Made by a program: the position numbers and the translations under genes. This document shows, in pieces, positions 24,041 through 33,908 of a DNA stretch of 64,000 bases (position 1 is its first letter; every line of letters begins with the position of its first letter). The stretch is from an uncultured Clostridia bacterium (lineage in GTDB: Bacteria; Bacillota; Clostridia; Oscillospirales; CAG-272). The stretch spans positions 443 to 64,442 of the forward strand of contig CAMEON010000002.1 of assembly GCA_945929845.1 (NCBI GenBank), given 5' to 3'. Under the pieces are notes generated by a model. That model did no database searches. It was not told the origin of the DNA and saw nothing but the letters and a program-made list of their open reading frames with translations.

Positions 24041-26314
24041 ATGAATGCAATCACACTGACAAACAGTGGTGTCCTGCTGACAGACGGTGTTCCGAAGCAG
24101 GTGGAGTCGCTCCCGGAGGAGGCCAGGAAAGAGGCGATCCGGGATGGCCGCAGCAAGACCATGGCCAGCCGTATCCTCTCTGCCCACAATGTGTCCGGCG
24201 ACCCGGAGCATCTGCGGATCCGCTTTGATGCGCTGACATCCCACGACATCACCTATGTGGGCATCATCCAGACCGCCCGGGCCAGCGGCCTGAAGTCCTT
24301 CCCCGTCCCCTACGCCATGACCAACTGCCACAACAGTCTGTGCGCCGTGGGCGGTACCATTAACGAGGACGACCATGTGTTCGGCCTCTCGGCGGCGAAA
24401 AAGTACGGCGGCATCTATGTCCCCGCCAATCAGTCCGTCATCCACTCCTTCGCCCGGGAAGAGCTGGCCGGATGCGGCCGGATGATCCTCGGCTCCGACT
24501 CCCACACCCGGTACGGTGCGCTGGGCACCATGGGTATCGGCGAGGGCGGCCCGGAACTGGTCAAACAGCTTCTGAAGAATACATATGACATAGACGCCCC
24601 GGGCGTGGTGCTGGTCTGGCTGACCGGAAAGCCCCGGCGGGGCATCGGCCCCCACGATGTGGCACTGGCCCTGGTGGGTGCCACCTTCGCCTCCGGCTTT
24701 GTCAAGAACAAGGTGCTGGAGTTTGCCGGGCCCGGTGTCGCCTCCCTGCCCATTGACTTCCGCAATGGCGTGGATGTGATGACCACCGAGACCACCTGCC
24801 TGTCCTCCATCTGGGTGACAGATCAGGTGACACAGCACCACTATGAGGTTCATGGCCGTCCCCAGGACTACAAGCCCCTTTCCCCGGAGGACGGAGCCTA
24901 CTATGATGCCATGATCCACATCGACCTGGATGCCATGGAGTCCATGATCGCCCTGCCCTTCCACCCCTCCCATGTGTACACCATTCACGAATTTCTGGCC
25001 AACGCCAAAGAGATCCTCTCCGAGGTGGACAAGGAAGCCGCCGACAAGTTCAGGAAGGCCTCCCTGCATCTGGCAGACAAGGTACTGCCGGATGGCCGTG
25101 TGATGGCGGATCAGGGGATCATCGCCGGATGCGCCGGCGGTATGTTCGACTCCATCGATGAAGCCAATGCCATCCTGCACGGTGGCTCCACCGGCAACGG
25201 CTACTTCTCCCTTTCCGTTTACCCCACCTCGGTGCCGGTGTCCCTGGAGCTGACCCGGATCGGGGTGAGTGCTGACCTGCTCTCCGCCGGAGCCGTCATC
25301 AAGCCCTCCTTCTGCGGCCCATGCTTCGGTGCCGGGGATGTGCCGGCCAACAACGGCCTGTCCCTGCGGCACACCACCCGCAACTTCCCCAACCGGGAGG
25401 GCTCCAAGCCGGGTGAAGGCCAGCTGGCCGGGGTTGCCCTGATGGATGCCCGTTCCATTGCCGCTACGGCACGCAACGGTGGCATCATCACCGCCGCCAC
25501 GGATGTGGACTACACCTACACCCCCCATGCCTATCACTACGACCGTTCCGTGTACGAAAAGCGTGTCTACTTCGGCTACGGAAAGGCCGACCCCTCCGTC
25601 CAGCTGATCCTGGGGCCAAACATCACCGACTGGCCCCGGCAGTACCCTCTGGCTGACAATCTGCTTCTGGAGCTGGCCGCTGTCATTCATGACCCGGTGA
25701 CCACCACCGATGAGCTGATCCCCTCCGGCGAGACTTCATCCTACCGTTCCAACCCCCTGCGCCTGGCTGAGTTTGCCCTGTCCCGCCGGGTGCCCGGCTA
25801 TGTGGGACACGCCAAGGATGTGGCCGCCCAGGAGAGCCAGCGGCGGGACGGTGTGCTGTCCAATCACCTGCGGGCGGTACTGGATGCCGTAGGATCAGCG
25901 GAGGAGCTGGCTCCTGTGACCCAGTTCGGATCCTGCGTGTTTGCCAACAAGCCCGGCGATGGCTCTGCCCGGGAGCAGGCCGCCTCCTGCCAGAAGGTGC
26001 TGGGCGGCTTCGGCAACATCTGCTATGAGTACCCCACCAAGCGGTACCGCTCCAACTGCATCAACTGGGGTATTTTGCCCTTCACCCTGCCGGCCGGCAC
26101 GGAGTTCCCCTTTGAGGAAGGGGACTGCGTGTTCGTTCCTGACATCCGGATGGCCGTGTCCCAGAGCGTGGAGACCATTCAGGCCACGGTGATCCGCCAG
26201 GACGGAACCACCGCTCCCCTGACTCTGTGCCTGTCCGGACTGACCCCGGACGAGCGGGAGATCATCCTGGACGGTTGCCTGATGAACTACTATGCGGCTC
26301 ATGCCGATGTATGA
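24041..26314 (+). CDS. acn: Aconitate hydratase family protein (putative clostridial/Aquifex type)
   Basis: GSDSHTRYG and CGPCFG cluster-ligand regions, C-terminal swivel domain GDGSAREQAA...NWGILPF. Directly upstream of icd. GGAGG lies 11 nt before the ATG at 24041. Confidence 0.75.
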   Translation: MNAITLTNSGVLLTDGVPKQVESLPEEARKEAIRDGRSKTMASRILSAHNVSGDPEHLRIRFDALTSHDITYVGIIQTARASGLKSFPVPYAMTNCHNSLCAVGGTINEDDHVFGLSAAKKYGGIYVPANQSVIHSFAREELAGCGRMILGSDSHTRYGALGTMGIGEGGPELVKQLLKNTYDIDAPGVVLVWLTGKPRRGIGPHDVALALVGATFASGFVKNKVLEFAGPGVASLPIDFRNGVDVMTTETTCLSSIWVTDQVTQHHYEVHGRPQDYKPLSPEDGAYYDAMIHIDLDAMESMIALPFHPSHVYTIHEFLANAKEILSEVDKEAADKFRKASLHLADKVLPDGRVMADQGIIAGCAGGMFDSIDEANAILHGGSTGNGYFSLSVYPTSVPVSLELTRIGVSADLLSAGAVIKPSFCGPCFGAGDVPANNGLSLRHTTRNFPNREGSKPGEGQLAGVALMDARSIAATARNGGIITAATDVDYTYTPHAYHYDRSVYEKRVYFGYGKADPSVQLILGPNITDWPRQYPLADNLLLELAAVIHDPVTTTDELIPSGETSSYRSNPLRLAEFALSRRVPGYVGHAKDVAAQESQRRDGVLSNHLRAVLDAVGSAEELAPVTQFGSCVFANKPGDGSAREQAASCQKVLGGFGNICYEYPTKRYRSNCINWGILPFTLPAGTEFPFEEGDCVFVPDIRMAVSQSVETIQATVIRQDGTTAPLTLCLSGLTPDEREIILDGCLMNYYAAHADV

Positions 26315-26339
26315 GTCACCGGAGGAAAGGACGGTTACA

Positions 26340-27599
26340 ATGAGTATGAACACGGAAAAGATACAGATGAAAACACCTCTTGTGGAGATGGATGGGGACG
26401 AGATGACCCGCATCCTCTGGCAGATGATCAAGGACGAGCTGATCCTCCCCTTCGTGGAGCTGAAGACGCTGTACTTTGATCTGGGTCTGCCGGAGCGGGA
26501 GCGAACCAAGGACGCCGTCACCGTAGAGGCCGCCGAAGCCGCCCGAGAGCTGGGCGTGGCGGTCAAGTGTGCCACCATCACCCCCAACCGCCAGCGGGTG
26601 GAGGAGTACAAGCTGTCCGAGATGTGGAAGTCCCCCAACGGCACCATTCGGGCCATCATGGACGGCACGGTGTTCCGTGCCCCCATCCTGGCGGATATGG
26701 AGATGTTCCGGCCGCTGGTGCGGGGGTGGAAAAAGCCCATCACCATCGCCCGTCATGCTTACGGCGATATTTACAAAGCCACCGAGTACCGGGTGCCGGA
26801 GGCGGGGCGTGCCGAACTGGTCTTCACCAATACCGACGGGCAGGAGACCTACCGCCAGACGGTGTATGACTTCGAGTGCCCCGGCGTGCTTCAGGGCTCC
26901 TATAACAAGGACAGCTCCATCCGCTCCTTCGCCCACGCCTGCTTCCGTTATGCCCTGGATGTCCGGCAGGATCTGTGGTTCTCCACCAAGGACACCATCT
27001 CCAAGCAGTACGACCAGACCTTCAAGCTGATCTTCCAGGAGATCTACGATACCGAGTACAAGGCGGACTTTGAGCGTCTGGGTCTGCGGTACTTCTATAC
27101 CCTGATCGACGATGCGGTCGCCCGTGTCATCCGCAGTGAGGGCGGATTCGTGTGGGCACTCAAGAACTATGACGGCGATGTCATGTCGGACATGGTGTCC
27201 ACCGCCTTCGGTTCCCTGGCCATGATGACCTCCGTCCTGGTGTCCCCGGACGGGAAGTATGAGTACGAGGCCGCTCACGGCACCGTCACCCAGCACTACT
27301 ACCGCTACCTGAAGGGGGCTGAGACCTCCACCAACCCCATGGCCACCATCTTTGCCTGGAGCGGTGCTTTGCGGAAGCGGGGTGAGCTGGATGGCACGCC
27401 CGCCCTGTGCGACTTTGCCGACAAGCTGGAAGCCGCCAGCCTGAAGACCATCACCGACGGGATCATGACCAAGGATCTGATTGGCCTGCTCTCCGAGGAC
27501 TACCTGAAGAAGGTGCAGGCAGAGGGCCGCACCGTGGAGCCTGTCACCTCGGCGGTCTTCCTCTCCATGATCCGCCGCCGCCTGGAGGCGTCTCTCTAA
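26340..27599 (+). CDS. icd: NADP-dependent isocitrate dehydrogenase, eukaryote-like (type II homodimeric) form
   Basis: KIQMKTPLVEMDGDEMTRILWQMIKDELILPF...ITPN...NYDGDVMSD...HGTVTQHY are hallmark motifs of IDH1/2-like enzymes (~415 aa). Confidence 0.9.
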   Translation: MSMNTEKIQMKTPLVEMDGDEMTRILWQMIKDELILPFVELKTLYFDLGLPERERTKDAVTVEAAEAARELGVAVKCATITPNRQRVEEYKLSEMWKSPNGTIRAIMDGTVFRAPILADMEMFRPLVRGWKKPITIARHAYGDIYKATEYRVPEAGRAELVFTNTDGQETYRQTVYDFECPGVLQGSYNKDSSIRSFAHACFRYALDVRQDLWFSTKDTISKQYDQTFKLIFQEIYDTEYKADFERLGLRYFYTLIDDAVARVIRSEGGFVWALKNYDGDVMSDMVSTAFGSLAMMTSVLVSPDGKYEYEAAHGTVTQHYYRYLKGAETSTNPMATIFAWSGALRKRGELDGTPALCDFADKLEAASLKTITDGIMTKDLIGLLSEDYLKKVQAEGRTVEPVTSAVFLSMIRRRLEASL

Positions 27600-27619
27600 G
27601 ATATACTCCAGTTTACCCG

Positions 27620-27657
27620 AAGGGTACTTCCCTGCCGAAGTACCCTTTTTCTTGTTT
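27620..27657 (+). terminator. Intrinsic terminator after icd
   Basis: AAGGGTACTTC-cctgcc-GAAGTACCCTT followed by TTTCTTGTTT. Confidence 0.8.
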
Positions 27658-27813
27658 GGAAAATACATGGAACTTTTCCCGGCGGGCGTTGTTGCTTTTC
27701 TCCCTTTTCGACAAATTACCAAAAATTTAGGGGTACCCAAACCGGGCCTTTTCGATTATAATAGGAATACGAAATCCATCTTCATGGGATGGAATCCGGA
27801 AAGGAAATCTGTT

Positions 27814-28581
27814 ATGGAACTGATCGTTATCAATCAGAGCAAACTGAAGATCATGCTGACGCTGCCGGATATGCAACGATATGAACTGGCCCCCGGACAC
27901 CTGGATTGTGCCGATGCGCAGACCCGCCGCTCTTTCCGCCGCATTTTTGACGATGCCCGCATGCAGACCGGCTTTGACACCGCCGGGGAACGCCTGCTGG
28001 TTCAGCTTTACACCTCCCGCACCGGCGGCTGTGAGATCTTTGTCACCAAGCTGGGTCTGAGGGAAGACGAGGAGGAATCCCTGACCCTGACCGAACCGGA
28101 GCAGGCACTGCTACGCCGTGTCTTCTCCGCTGAAGTCCCGATAGAGGAGGCGGATGCGGCACTGTTGCCGGAGCCTGATCCATCAGCGGGCGGTACATAT
28201 GCCGGGAAAGCCTGTGCGGGAAGGAAAAGAGCCGGTCAGAAAAGCCGTGAGCAGGCGGTACGCTCTGTCCCCACACGGGGCTGTGCCATCCTCTTTTCCA
28301 GCCTGTCCTCCCTGCTGTCTGCCTGCCGTCGGCTGACGGAACTGCCGTATGCCGACAGCAGCAGTGCCTACATACTGGACGACACACGGGAGCTTCCGGA
28401 CAGCTACTGCCTCATGCTCCGGGTGCCGGACACGGCCTTCTTCCGCTTGCCTGTTGCCTACGGCTTCCTGTCGGAGTACGGGACGGAGGCCGATGCGACC
28501 CTGATGGACAGCTACCTCGGGGAACATGGCCGGGTGCTCTGCGCCGGGAATGCAGTGGAGAAGCTGGGCGCACTGGCGTAG
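27814..28581 (+). CDS. mecA: MecA-like adaptor protein
   Basis: MELIVINQSKLKIMLTLPDMQRYEL... N-terminal domain pattern and C-terminal ...FLSEYG..., ~255 aa. Start at 27814 after GGAAAGGAAA. Confidence 0.55.
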   Translation: MELIVINQSKLKIMLTLPDMQRYELAPGHLDCADAQTRRSFRRIFDDARMQTGFDTAGERLLVQLYTSRTGGCEIFVTKLGLREDEEESLTLTEPEQALLRRVFSAEVPIEEADAALLPEPDPSAGGTYAGKACAGRKRAGQKSREQAVRSVPTRGCAILFSSLSSLLSACRRLTELPYADSSSAYILDDTRELPDSYCLMLRVPDTAFFRLPVAYGFLSEYGTEADATLMDSYLGEHGRVLCAGNAVEKLGALA

Positions 28582-28618
28582 ACCGTAGACCGTAGACCGT
28601 AGGCCGTAGATCGTAGAT
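28577..28618. repeat. 7-bp tandem repeat (CGTAGRY) x6 beginning in the mecA-like stop codon
   Basis: cgtagac x3, cgtaggc, cgtagat x2 read directly. TAG recurs every 7 nt, so all three frames are covered. Confidence 0.95.
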
Positions 28619-28831
28619 CTGCGGCTTTCCACCGGGATAGCAGGACATTATTTTGTAAATTCTTCAAATCTCCGTGAAGGATTCATGTGCGGTTCACAAA
28701 AATGCTGTATGATATAGGGCAGTTCGGGTCATGATACCTGTCCTTTGCCTGTCGGCGGTGGCTGACCGCTTCCCCACCGCCGACTGTCATACGGTTCATG
28801 TGAGAATGAATCCACTGTGCGGAGGCTACCT

Positions 28832-31800
28832 GTGCTTCAACTGAAAAATATTACCAAGGTTTACGAAGTCGGCGATGCAAAGGTGCAGGCCCTGAAGGGC
28901 GTCACCATTGATTTCCGGGAAAACGAATTCGTCTCCATCCTTGGCCCCTCCGGGTGCGGGAAAACCACCCTGCTCAATATCATTGGCGGTCTTGACCGGT
29001 ATACCGACGGCGACCTGGTGATCAACGGAAAGACCACCCGGGACTACAGGGACGGCGACTGGGACACCTACCGGAATCACAGCATCGGCTTTGTCTTCCA
29101 AAGCTACAACCTGATCCCCCATCAGACCGTGCTGGCCAATGTGGAGCTGGCTCTGACCCTGTCCGGCGTGTCCAAGGCGGAACGCCGCCGCCGGGCACTG
29201 GAAGCCCTGGATAAGGTGGGGCTGGGCGATCAGATCAAAAAGAAGCCCAACCAGATGTCCGGCGGACAAATGCAACGGGTGGCCATCGCCCGGGCCATTG
29301 TCAACGACCCGGATATCCTGCTGGCGGACGAGCCGACCGGTGCGCTGGACACCCAGACCAGCATACAGATCATGGAGCTGCTCAAGGAGATCGCCCGGGA
29401 TAAGCTGGTCATCATGGTGACGCACAACCCCCAACTGGCAGAACAGTACTCCACCCGCATCGTCCGCCTGCTGGACGGGAAGATCATCGATGACTCGGCA
29501 CCCTTCTCCGCCGCCGAGGAGGGGAAGGATGTGATCCGGCAGATCAGCGTCAAAAAGGGAAAGCATACCTCCATGTCCCTGCGGACGGCCTTCTCCCTGT
29601 CTCTGAACAACCTGATGACAAAGAAGGGGCGCACCTTCATGACGGTGTTTGCCGGCAGTATCGGCATCATCGGCATTGCCCTGATACTCTCCCTGTCAAA
29701 CGGCATCAACTCCTACATAGACACCGTGCAGAAGGACACCCTGTCCTCCTATCCCATTCAACTCAAGCACCAGGCGATGGATATGGCCAGCATGATGGCC
29801 AACATGATGAGTGAGAAGAGTGAGGGGGTGGACTATGCGTCCAGGGATCCCAACAAGGTGTACTCCAGCAACATCATGGCAGACATGATGAACACCATGA
29901 GTCAGGGCATCGCTGTCAATAATCTGCAGGCCTTCAAGGCGTATCTGGAGAGCGACGACATCTTCTCCGACACCTCCATTGTCAGTGCCGTGCAGTACAC
30001 CTATGATATGAACATGCAGATCTACAAGGCGGATACGGAGGACGGCATCCTGAAGGTCAATCCCAGCCAGGTGCTGGAGCTGATGATGGCCGCTATGGGC
30101 TTTTCCTCCTCCTCCGACAGCACCATGGATTCCATCAGCGATATGTATGGGCTGAATGTGTGGTCTGAACTGCTGGACAATCAGGAGCTGCTGGAATCCC
30201 AGTATGAGCTGTTGGATCCGGACACCATGCACTGGCCCTCTGCCTACAATGAGATCATCATTGTGGTGAACAAGCACAATGAACTCAGCGATATTTCCCT
30301 GTACGCCCTGGGCTTGCGGGATGCGTCCGAGCTTTCCGCCATGATGGAGGCCATGAGCAAGGGAGAAGCCTACGAGGTGGAAGCTTCCTCATATACCTAT
30401 GAGGATCTGATGAACCTTTCCTACAGCGTGGTGCTCTCCGCCGACCTGTACGAGAAGGATGCCCAGAGCGGCACCTACACGGATCGGTCGGGGGACAGCG
30501 AGTATCTCAAACAGCTGATCGCCGACGGCATCCAGCTGAAGGTGGTGGGTCTTGTGCGAGCCAGGGATGGGGCTGTGTCCACCTCCATTGACGGGACGGT
30601 GGGGTACACCAAGGCACTGACTGAATTTGTGGCTCTGGCTACCGACCGCACCGATGTGGTCAAGGAGCAGAAAGCCAATCCGGATGTCAATGTGCTGACC
30701 GGGCAGACCTTTGATGTCGGTCAGTTTGACAACCTGACGGACGCAGAGAAGGCAGAAATCATGCGGGCATATGCGGCCACTGCCATGAGTGACAGCGATA
30801 AATCCAAGGCCGCTGTGACCCTACTTTCCTCCATGTCCACCGAGGAGCGGGAGGCACTGCTGTCCAACCTCTCCGCGGAGGAAAAGGCCGCCCTGCTTCC
30901 GGAGGATTACAGTCAGAAAGAGGATGTGTGGTTGCGGAACTACATTGTGCTCAACCTGAGAAGTTATGAGGAGGTGTACCATTCCGTCCTCATGGAGTTT
31001 CTGGATATGTCCCTGGCGCAAGCCGATGAGGAGACCCGGAAACAGATAGAGGCTTACCTTTCCACCATGACAGAGGAGCAGATCATCACCATGATCCTGC
31101 AACGCATGGGAAGCACACCAGAGGAGCAGGAGCAGGCTCTGCGGCAGACTGTTGACTTTCTCCCAAGGGAGAAGCTGTTGGACTACGCCAGCCGGATCGG
31201 TCAGGCCGAGGTGCTGGCCAAGCTGGAGAACATGGAAGGCTCCCTGACCCAGATGGCACTGATCTTTGACCGCATCCTGGCCGGTATGTCCGACGGGCAG
31301 GCGGCTGGGATGTACGATACTTACAGGAAGGACATGGTGTCCGCCCTGTCCTACGACGAGGTCATGCTGGCACTGGGCTGTGTGGATCTGGACAACCCCT
31401 CCGGCATTCAACTGTACGCCGCCAGCTTTGAGGCCAAGGACACCATCCAGTCCGCCATTGAGGCCTACAACCAGAAGGCCTCCGATGAGGGTCGGAAGGG
31501 GGATGTGATCACCTACACCGACCTGGTGGGCACCATGATGTCCTTCTTCACAGATATCATCAATGCCGTCTCCTATGTGCTGATCGCCTTCGTGAGCATC
31601 TCCCTGGTGGTGTCCTCCATCATGATCGGCATCATCACCTACATCTCGGTGCTGGAGCGCACCAAGGAGATCGGTATTCTCCGTGCCATGGGTGCTTCCA
31701 AGCGGGACATCACCCGTGTCTTCAATGCAGAGACCATGCTCATTGGTGTGACGGCCGGGCTTTTCGGCATCGGTGTGACCGTCATCCTCTGCTTCCCCAT

Positions 31801-31972
31801 CAATATGATCATCCGGGCACTGACCGGTATTCCTATCCTGACGGCGGCTCTTCCCATGGTCGGCGGCGTGATCCTGGTGCTCATCAGCGTCATTCTGACT
31901 ACGGTGGCCGGTCTGATCCCCTCCTTCAGTGCCGCCAAGAAAGACCCTGTGGTCGCTCTGCGGACAGAGTAA
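28832..31972 (+). CDS. Fused ABC ATPase / FtsX-type permease (MacB-like architecture) with a ~620-aa extracytoplasmic domain
   Basis: LQLKNITKVYEVGDAKVQAL...GPSGCGKTTLLN (Walker A), LSGGQMQRVAIARA, ILLADEPTGALD. One TM, a long soluble region, then the FtsX domain (ERTKEIGILRAMGASKRDI... 3 TM). GTG at 28832, 6 nt after GGAGG. Confidence 0.8.
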   Translation: MLQLKNITKVYEVGDAKVQALKGVTIDFRENEFVSILGPSGCGKTTLLNIIGGLDRYTDGDLVINGKTTRDYRDGDWDTYRNHSIGFVFQSYNLIPHQTVLANVELALTLSGVSKAERRRRALEALDKVGLGDQIKKKPNQMSGGQMQRVAIARAIVNDPDILLADEPTGALDTQTSIQIMELLKEIARDKLVIMVTHNPQLAEQYSTRIVRLLDGKIIDDSAPFSAAEEGKDVIRQISVKKGKHTSMSLRTAFSLSLNNLMTKKGRTFMTVFAGSIGIIGIALILSLSNGINSYIDTVQKDTLSSYPIQLKHQAMDMASMMANMMSEKSEGVDYASRDPNKVYSSNIMADMMNTMSQGIAVNNLQAFKAYLESDDIFSDTSIVSAVQYTYDMNMQIYKADTEDGILKVNPSQVLELMMAAMGFSSSSDSTMDSISDMYGLNVWSELLDNQELLESQYELLDPDTMHWPSAYNEIIIVVNKHNELSDISLYALGLRDASELSAMMEAMSKGEAYEVEASSYTYEDLMNLSYSVVLSADLYEKDAQSGTYTDRSGDSEYLKQLIADGIQLKVVGLVRARDGAVSTSIDGTVGYTKALTEFVALATDRTDVVKEQKANPDVNVLTGQTFDVGQFDNLTDAEKAEIMRAYAATAMSDSDKSKAAVTLLSSMSTEEREALLSNLSAEEKAALLPEDYSQKEDVWLRNYIVLNLRSYEEVYHSVLMEFLDMSLAQADEETRKQIEAYLSTMTEEQIITMILQRMGSTPEEQEQALRQTVDFLPREKLLDYASRIGQAEVLAKLENMEGSLTQMALIFDRILAGMSDGQAAGMYDTYRKDMVSALSYDEVMLALGCVDLDNPSGIQLYAASFEAKDTIQSAIEAYNQKASDEGRKGDVITYTDLVGTMMSFFTDIINAVSYVLIAFVSISLVVSSIMIGIITYISVLERTKEIGILRAMGASKRDITRVFNAETMLIGVTAGLFGIGVTVILCFPINMIIRALTGIPILTAALPMVGGVILVLISVILTTVAGLIPSFSAAKKDPVVALRTE

Positions 31973-32165
31973 ACGACAAAATAGTGATTTCCCTGACGAC
32001 AGCCGGGCTGGCTCCTTTGTGAGTCGGCCCGGTTTTCCTGCTTGCCGTAGGTCACAGTGCCGGCTCCGGAATCATATCCCCTCCCTTTTCCGCATACCTT
32101 GTACAAAGCCCCGGACAGGTCATTGTCTGTCGGGCGGTCAGTGTGTCAGAGAGGGAGCATGATCC

Positions 32166-33884
32166 ATGTCTATCAAAGATCCGGAGCGGCAAAGGACAGC
32201 ATCACCGGCAGGGCGGTTTGCCAAAAATGCCTTATGGCTCATTGCGGTCAACCTGTTCATGCGAACGGTGGGAGTTTCCTTCAACATATACCTGGCCGGG
32301 CGGGCCGGGAGCGAGGTCATGGGACTGCACTCCCTTTTGACGGGGGTGTACGGGCTGGCCATGACGGTGGGATGCGGCGGGATCCATTTGGGAACCACCC
32401 GACTGATCGCCGAGGCGCTGGGTAAGTACGCCGCCGACACCCCGGAGGGAGCGGCGAGGCAGGAGGCCGCCATCCGGAGCTGTCTGAAAAAATGCCTGCT
32501 GTATGCGGCTCTGTGCGGCACCGGAGCGGGCATCCTTCTCTTTCTCGGTGCCCCGTGGGTGGGGCGGGTGTGGTTGGGAGACCCACGAACCGTCATTTCC
32601 CTGCGCATCCTGGCTATTACCCTGCTTCCCATTGCGCTGTCCAACTGTTTATCCGGGTACTTCACCGGGATGCGGCGGGTGGGCATGAGCTCCACCGCCG
32701 GGGTGCTGTCCCAGTTCGTCCGCCTGCTGTTCTGCGTTGTCCTCATTGAGCAGGCTCTGCCGGACGGCATTCAGTCCACCTGTCAGGCACTGGTACTGGG
32801 TGGTGCCCTGTCCGAGGGGGTGGGACTGGCTCTTTCCTTCGGGGCTTTCTGCATGGATCGTCACCTGCACAGGAACAGAGACCGTCAGTCCCCGGCGGAA
32901 GGCCGTTCTGCTTCCGATACAGGTGCGACGAACGGCCTGCCCTCCTCCCGTTCCCTGACCGGACATCTTTTGCACATCACGGTGCCTGTCACGCTGGCGG
33001 CCTGTCTGCGCTCCGGTCTTGTCACCCTGGAGCATGCGCTGATCCCCCGGGGCCTGGCCTCCAGCGGGGCCTCCTGGGCGGCGGCCCTATCCTCCTATGG
33101 CGTCCTGCACGGGGTGGTGCTCCCGGTGGTTCTCTTCCCCTCTGCCTTCATCTCCTCCTTCTCCGGTCTGCTGGTACCGGAGGTGGCGGAATGCCGGGCC
33201 GCCGGGAACAGGATTCGCATTGCCCGTATCGCCCGGCGTGTGGTTGGCCCGGCACTGGTCTTTTCTTTCGGCGCGGCCGGGATGATGGCCTGTTTTGCCG
33301 GGGAGCTGGGGGAGCTGGTCTGCGCTAGTCAGGAGGCCGGGGCATACATCCGGGCACTGGCACCCCTGATCCCCATCATGTATGTAGACAGCTCGGTGGA
33401 TGGCATACTCAAAGGGATGGGGGAGCAGGTCTACTCCATGACGGTCAATATCATTGATGCGCTGGTGTCCGTGATTCTGGTCTGGCTTCTCCTGCCCCGT
33501 ATGGGCCTTGACGGCTTCATCCTGACCATCTATGTCACGGAGACCCTCAACACCACCCTGTCCCTTTGCCGGATGCTCCGCATCAGCAAGATGCCGGTGT
33601 CCCTGTGGCGCATGGTGTTCGGCCCTCTGCTCTGCGTGGTCCTGGCCACTTGGGCGGTCAAGGGACTCTTCACCCTGATCCCCGGGCTGGATGGACTGCC
33701 CGGACTGATCCTTCACCTGTCCGCCGGTGCGTTCCTGTACCTTATCCTCCTGATCCCCACCCGGGTGCTGGGAAAGCAGGAAGCAGACGACCTGCGCCGC
33801 CTGCTCCTGCCCCGTCATGATCCGGCTCCTGCCCCGGCAGGATGCGGTGCTTCGCTGAATCAACAGAAAAAGGAGAATCCGTAG
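32166..33884 (+). CDS. MOP-superfamily flippase (SpoVB / polysaccharide biosynthesis protein-like)
   Basis: ~14 predicted TM segments. The N-terminus FAKNALWLIAVNLFMRTVGVSFNIYLAGRAGSEVMGLHSLL resembles SpoVB/MurJ-type proteins. Confidence 0.6.
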   Translation: MSIKDPERQRTASPAGRFAKNALWLIAVNLFMRTVGVSFNIYLAGRAGSEVMGLHSLLTGVYGLAMTVGCGGIHLGTTRLIAEALGKYAADTPEGAARQEAAIRSCLKKCLLYAALCGTGAGILLFLGAPWVGRVWLGDPRTVISLRILAITLLPIALSNCLSGYFTGMRRVGMSSTAGVLSQFVRLLFCVVLIEQALPDGIQSTCQALVLGGALSEGVGLALSFGAFCMDRHLHRNRDRQSPAEGRSASDTGATNGLPSSRSLTGHLLHITVPVTLAACLRSGLVTLEHALIPRGLASSGASWAAALSSYGVLHGVVLPVVLFPSAFISSFSGLLVPEVAECRAAGNRIRIARIARRVVGPALVFSFGAAGMMACFAGELGELVCASQEAGAYIRALAPLIPIMYVDSSVDGILKGMGEQVYSMTVNIIDALVSVILVWLLLPRMGLDGFILTIYVTETLNTTLSLCRMLRISKMPVSLWRMVFGPLLCVVLATWAVKGLFTLIPGLDGLPGLILHLSAGAFLYLILLIPTRVLGKQEADDLRRLLLPRHDPAPAPAGCGASLNQQKKENP

Positions 33885-33900
33885 AGGGATCCTCCTTTTT
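33867..33900. terminator. Bidirectional terminator between convergent genes
   Basis: AAAAAGGAGAATCC-gtagag-GGATCCTCCTTTTT: an A-tract and a T-tract flank a 14-bp stem with one mismatch. Confidence 0.7.
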
Positions 33901-33908
33901 CGTATTTT

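Noticed and set aside
23948-27740. Long minus-strand ORFs (580 aa and 474 aa) opposite acn and icd
   Set aside because: The plus-strand products carry hallmark aconitase and IDH motifs, so the antisense frames are compositional artefacts.
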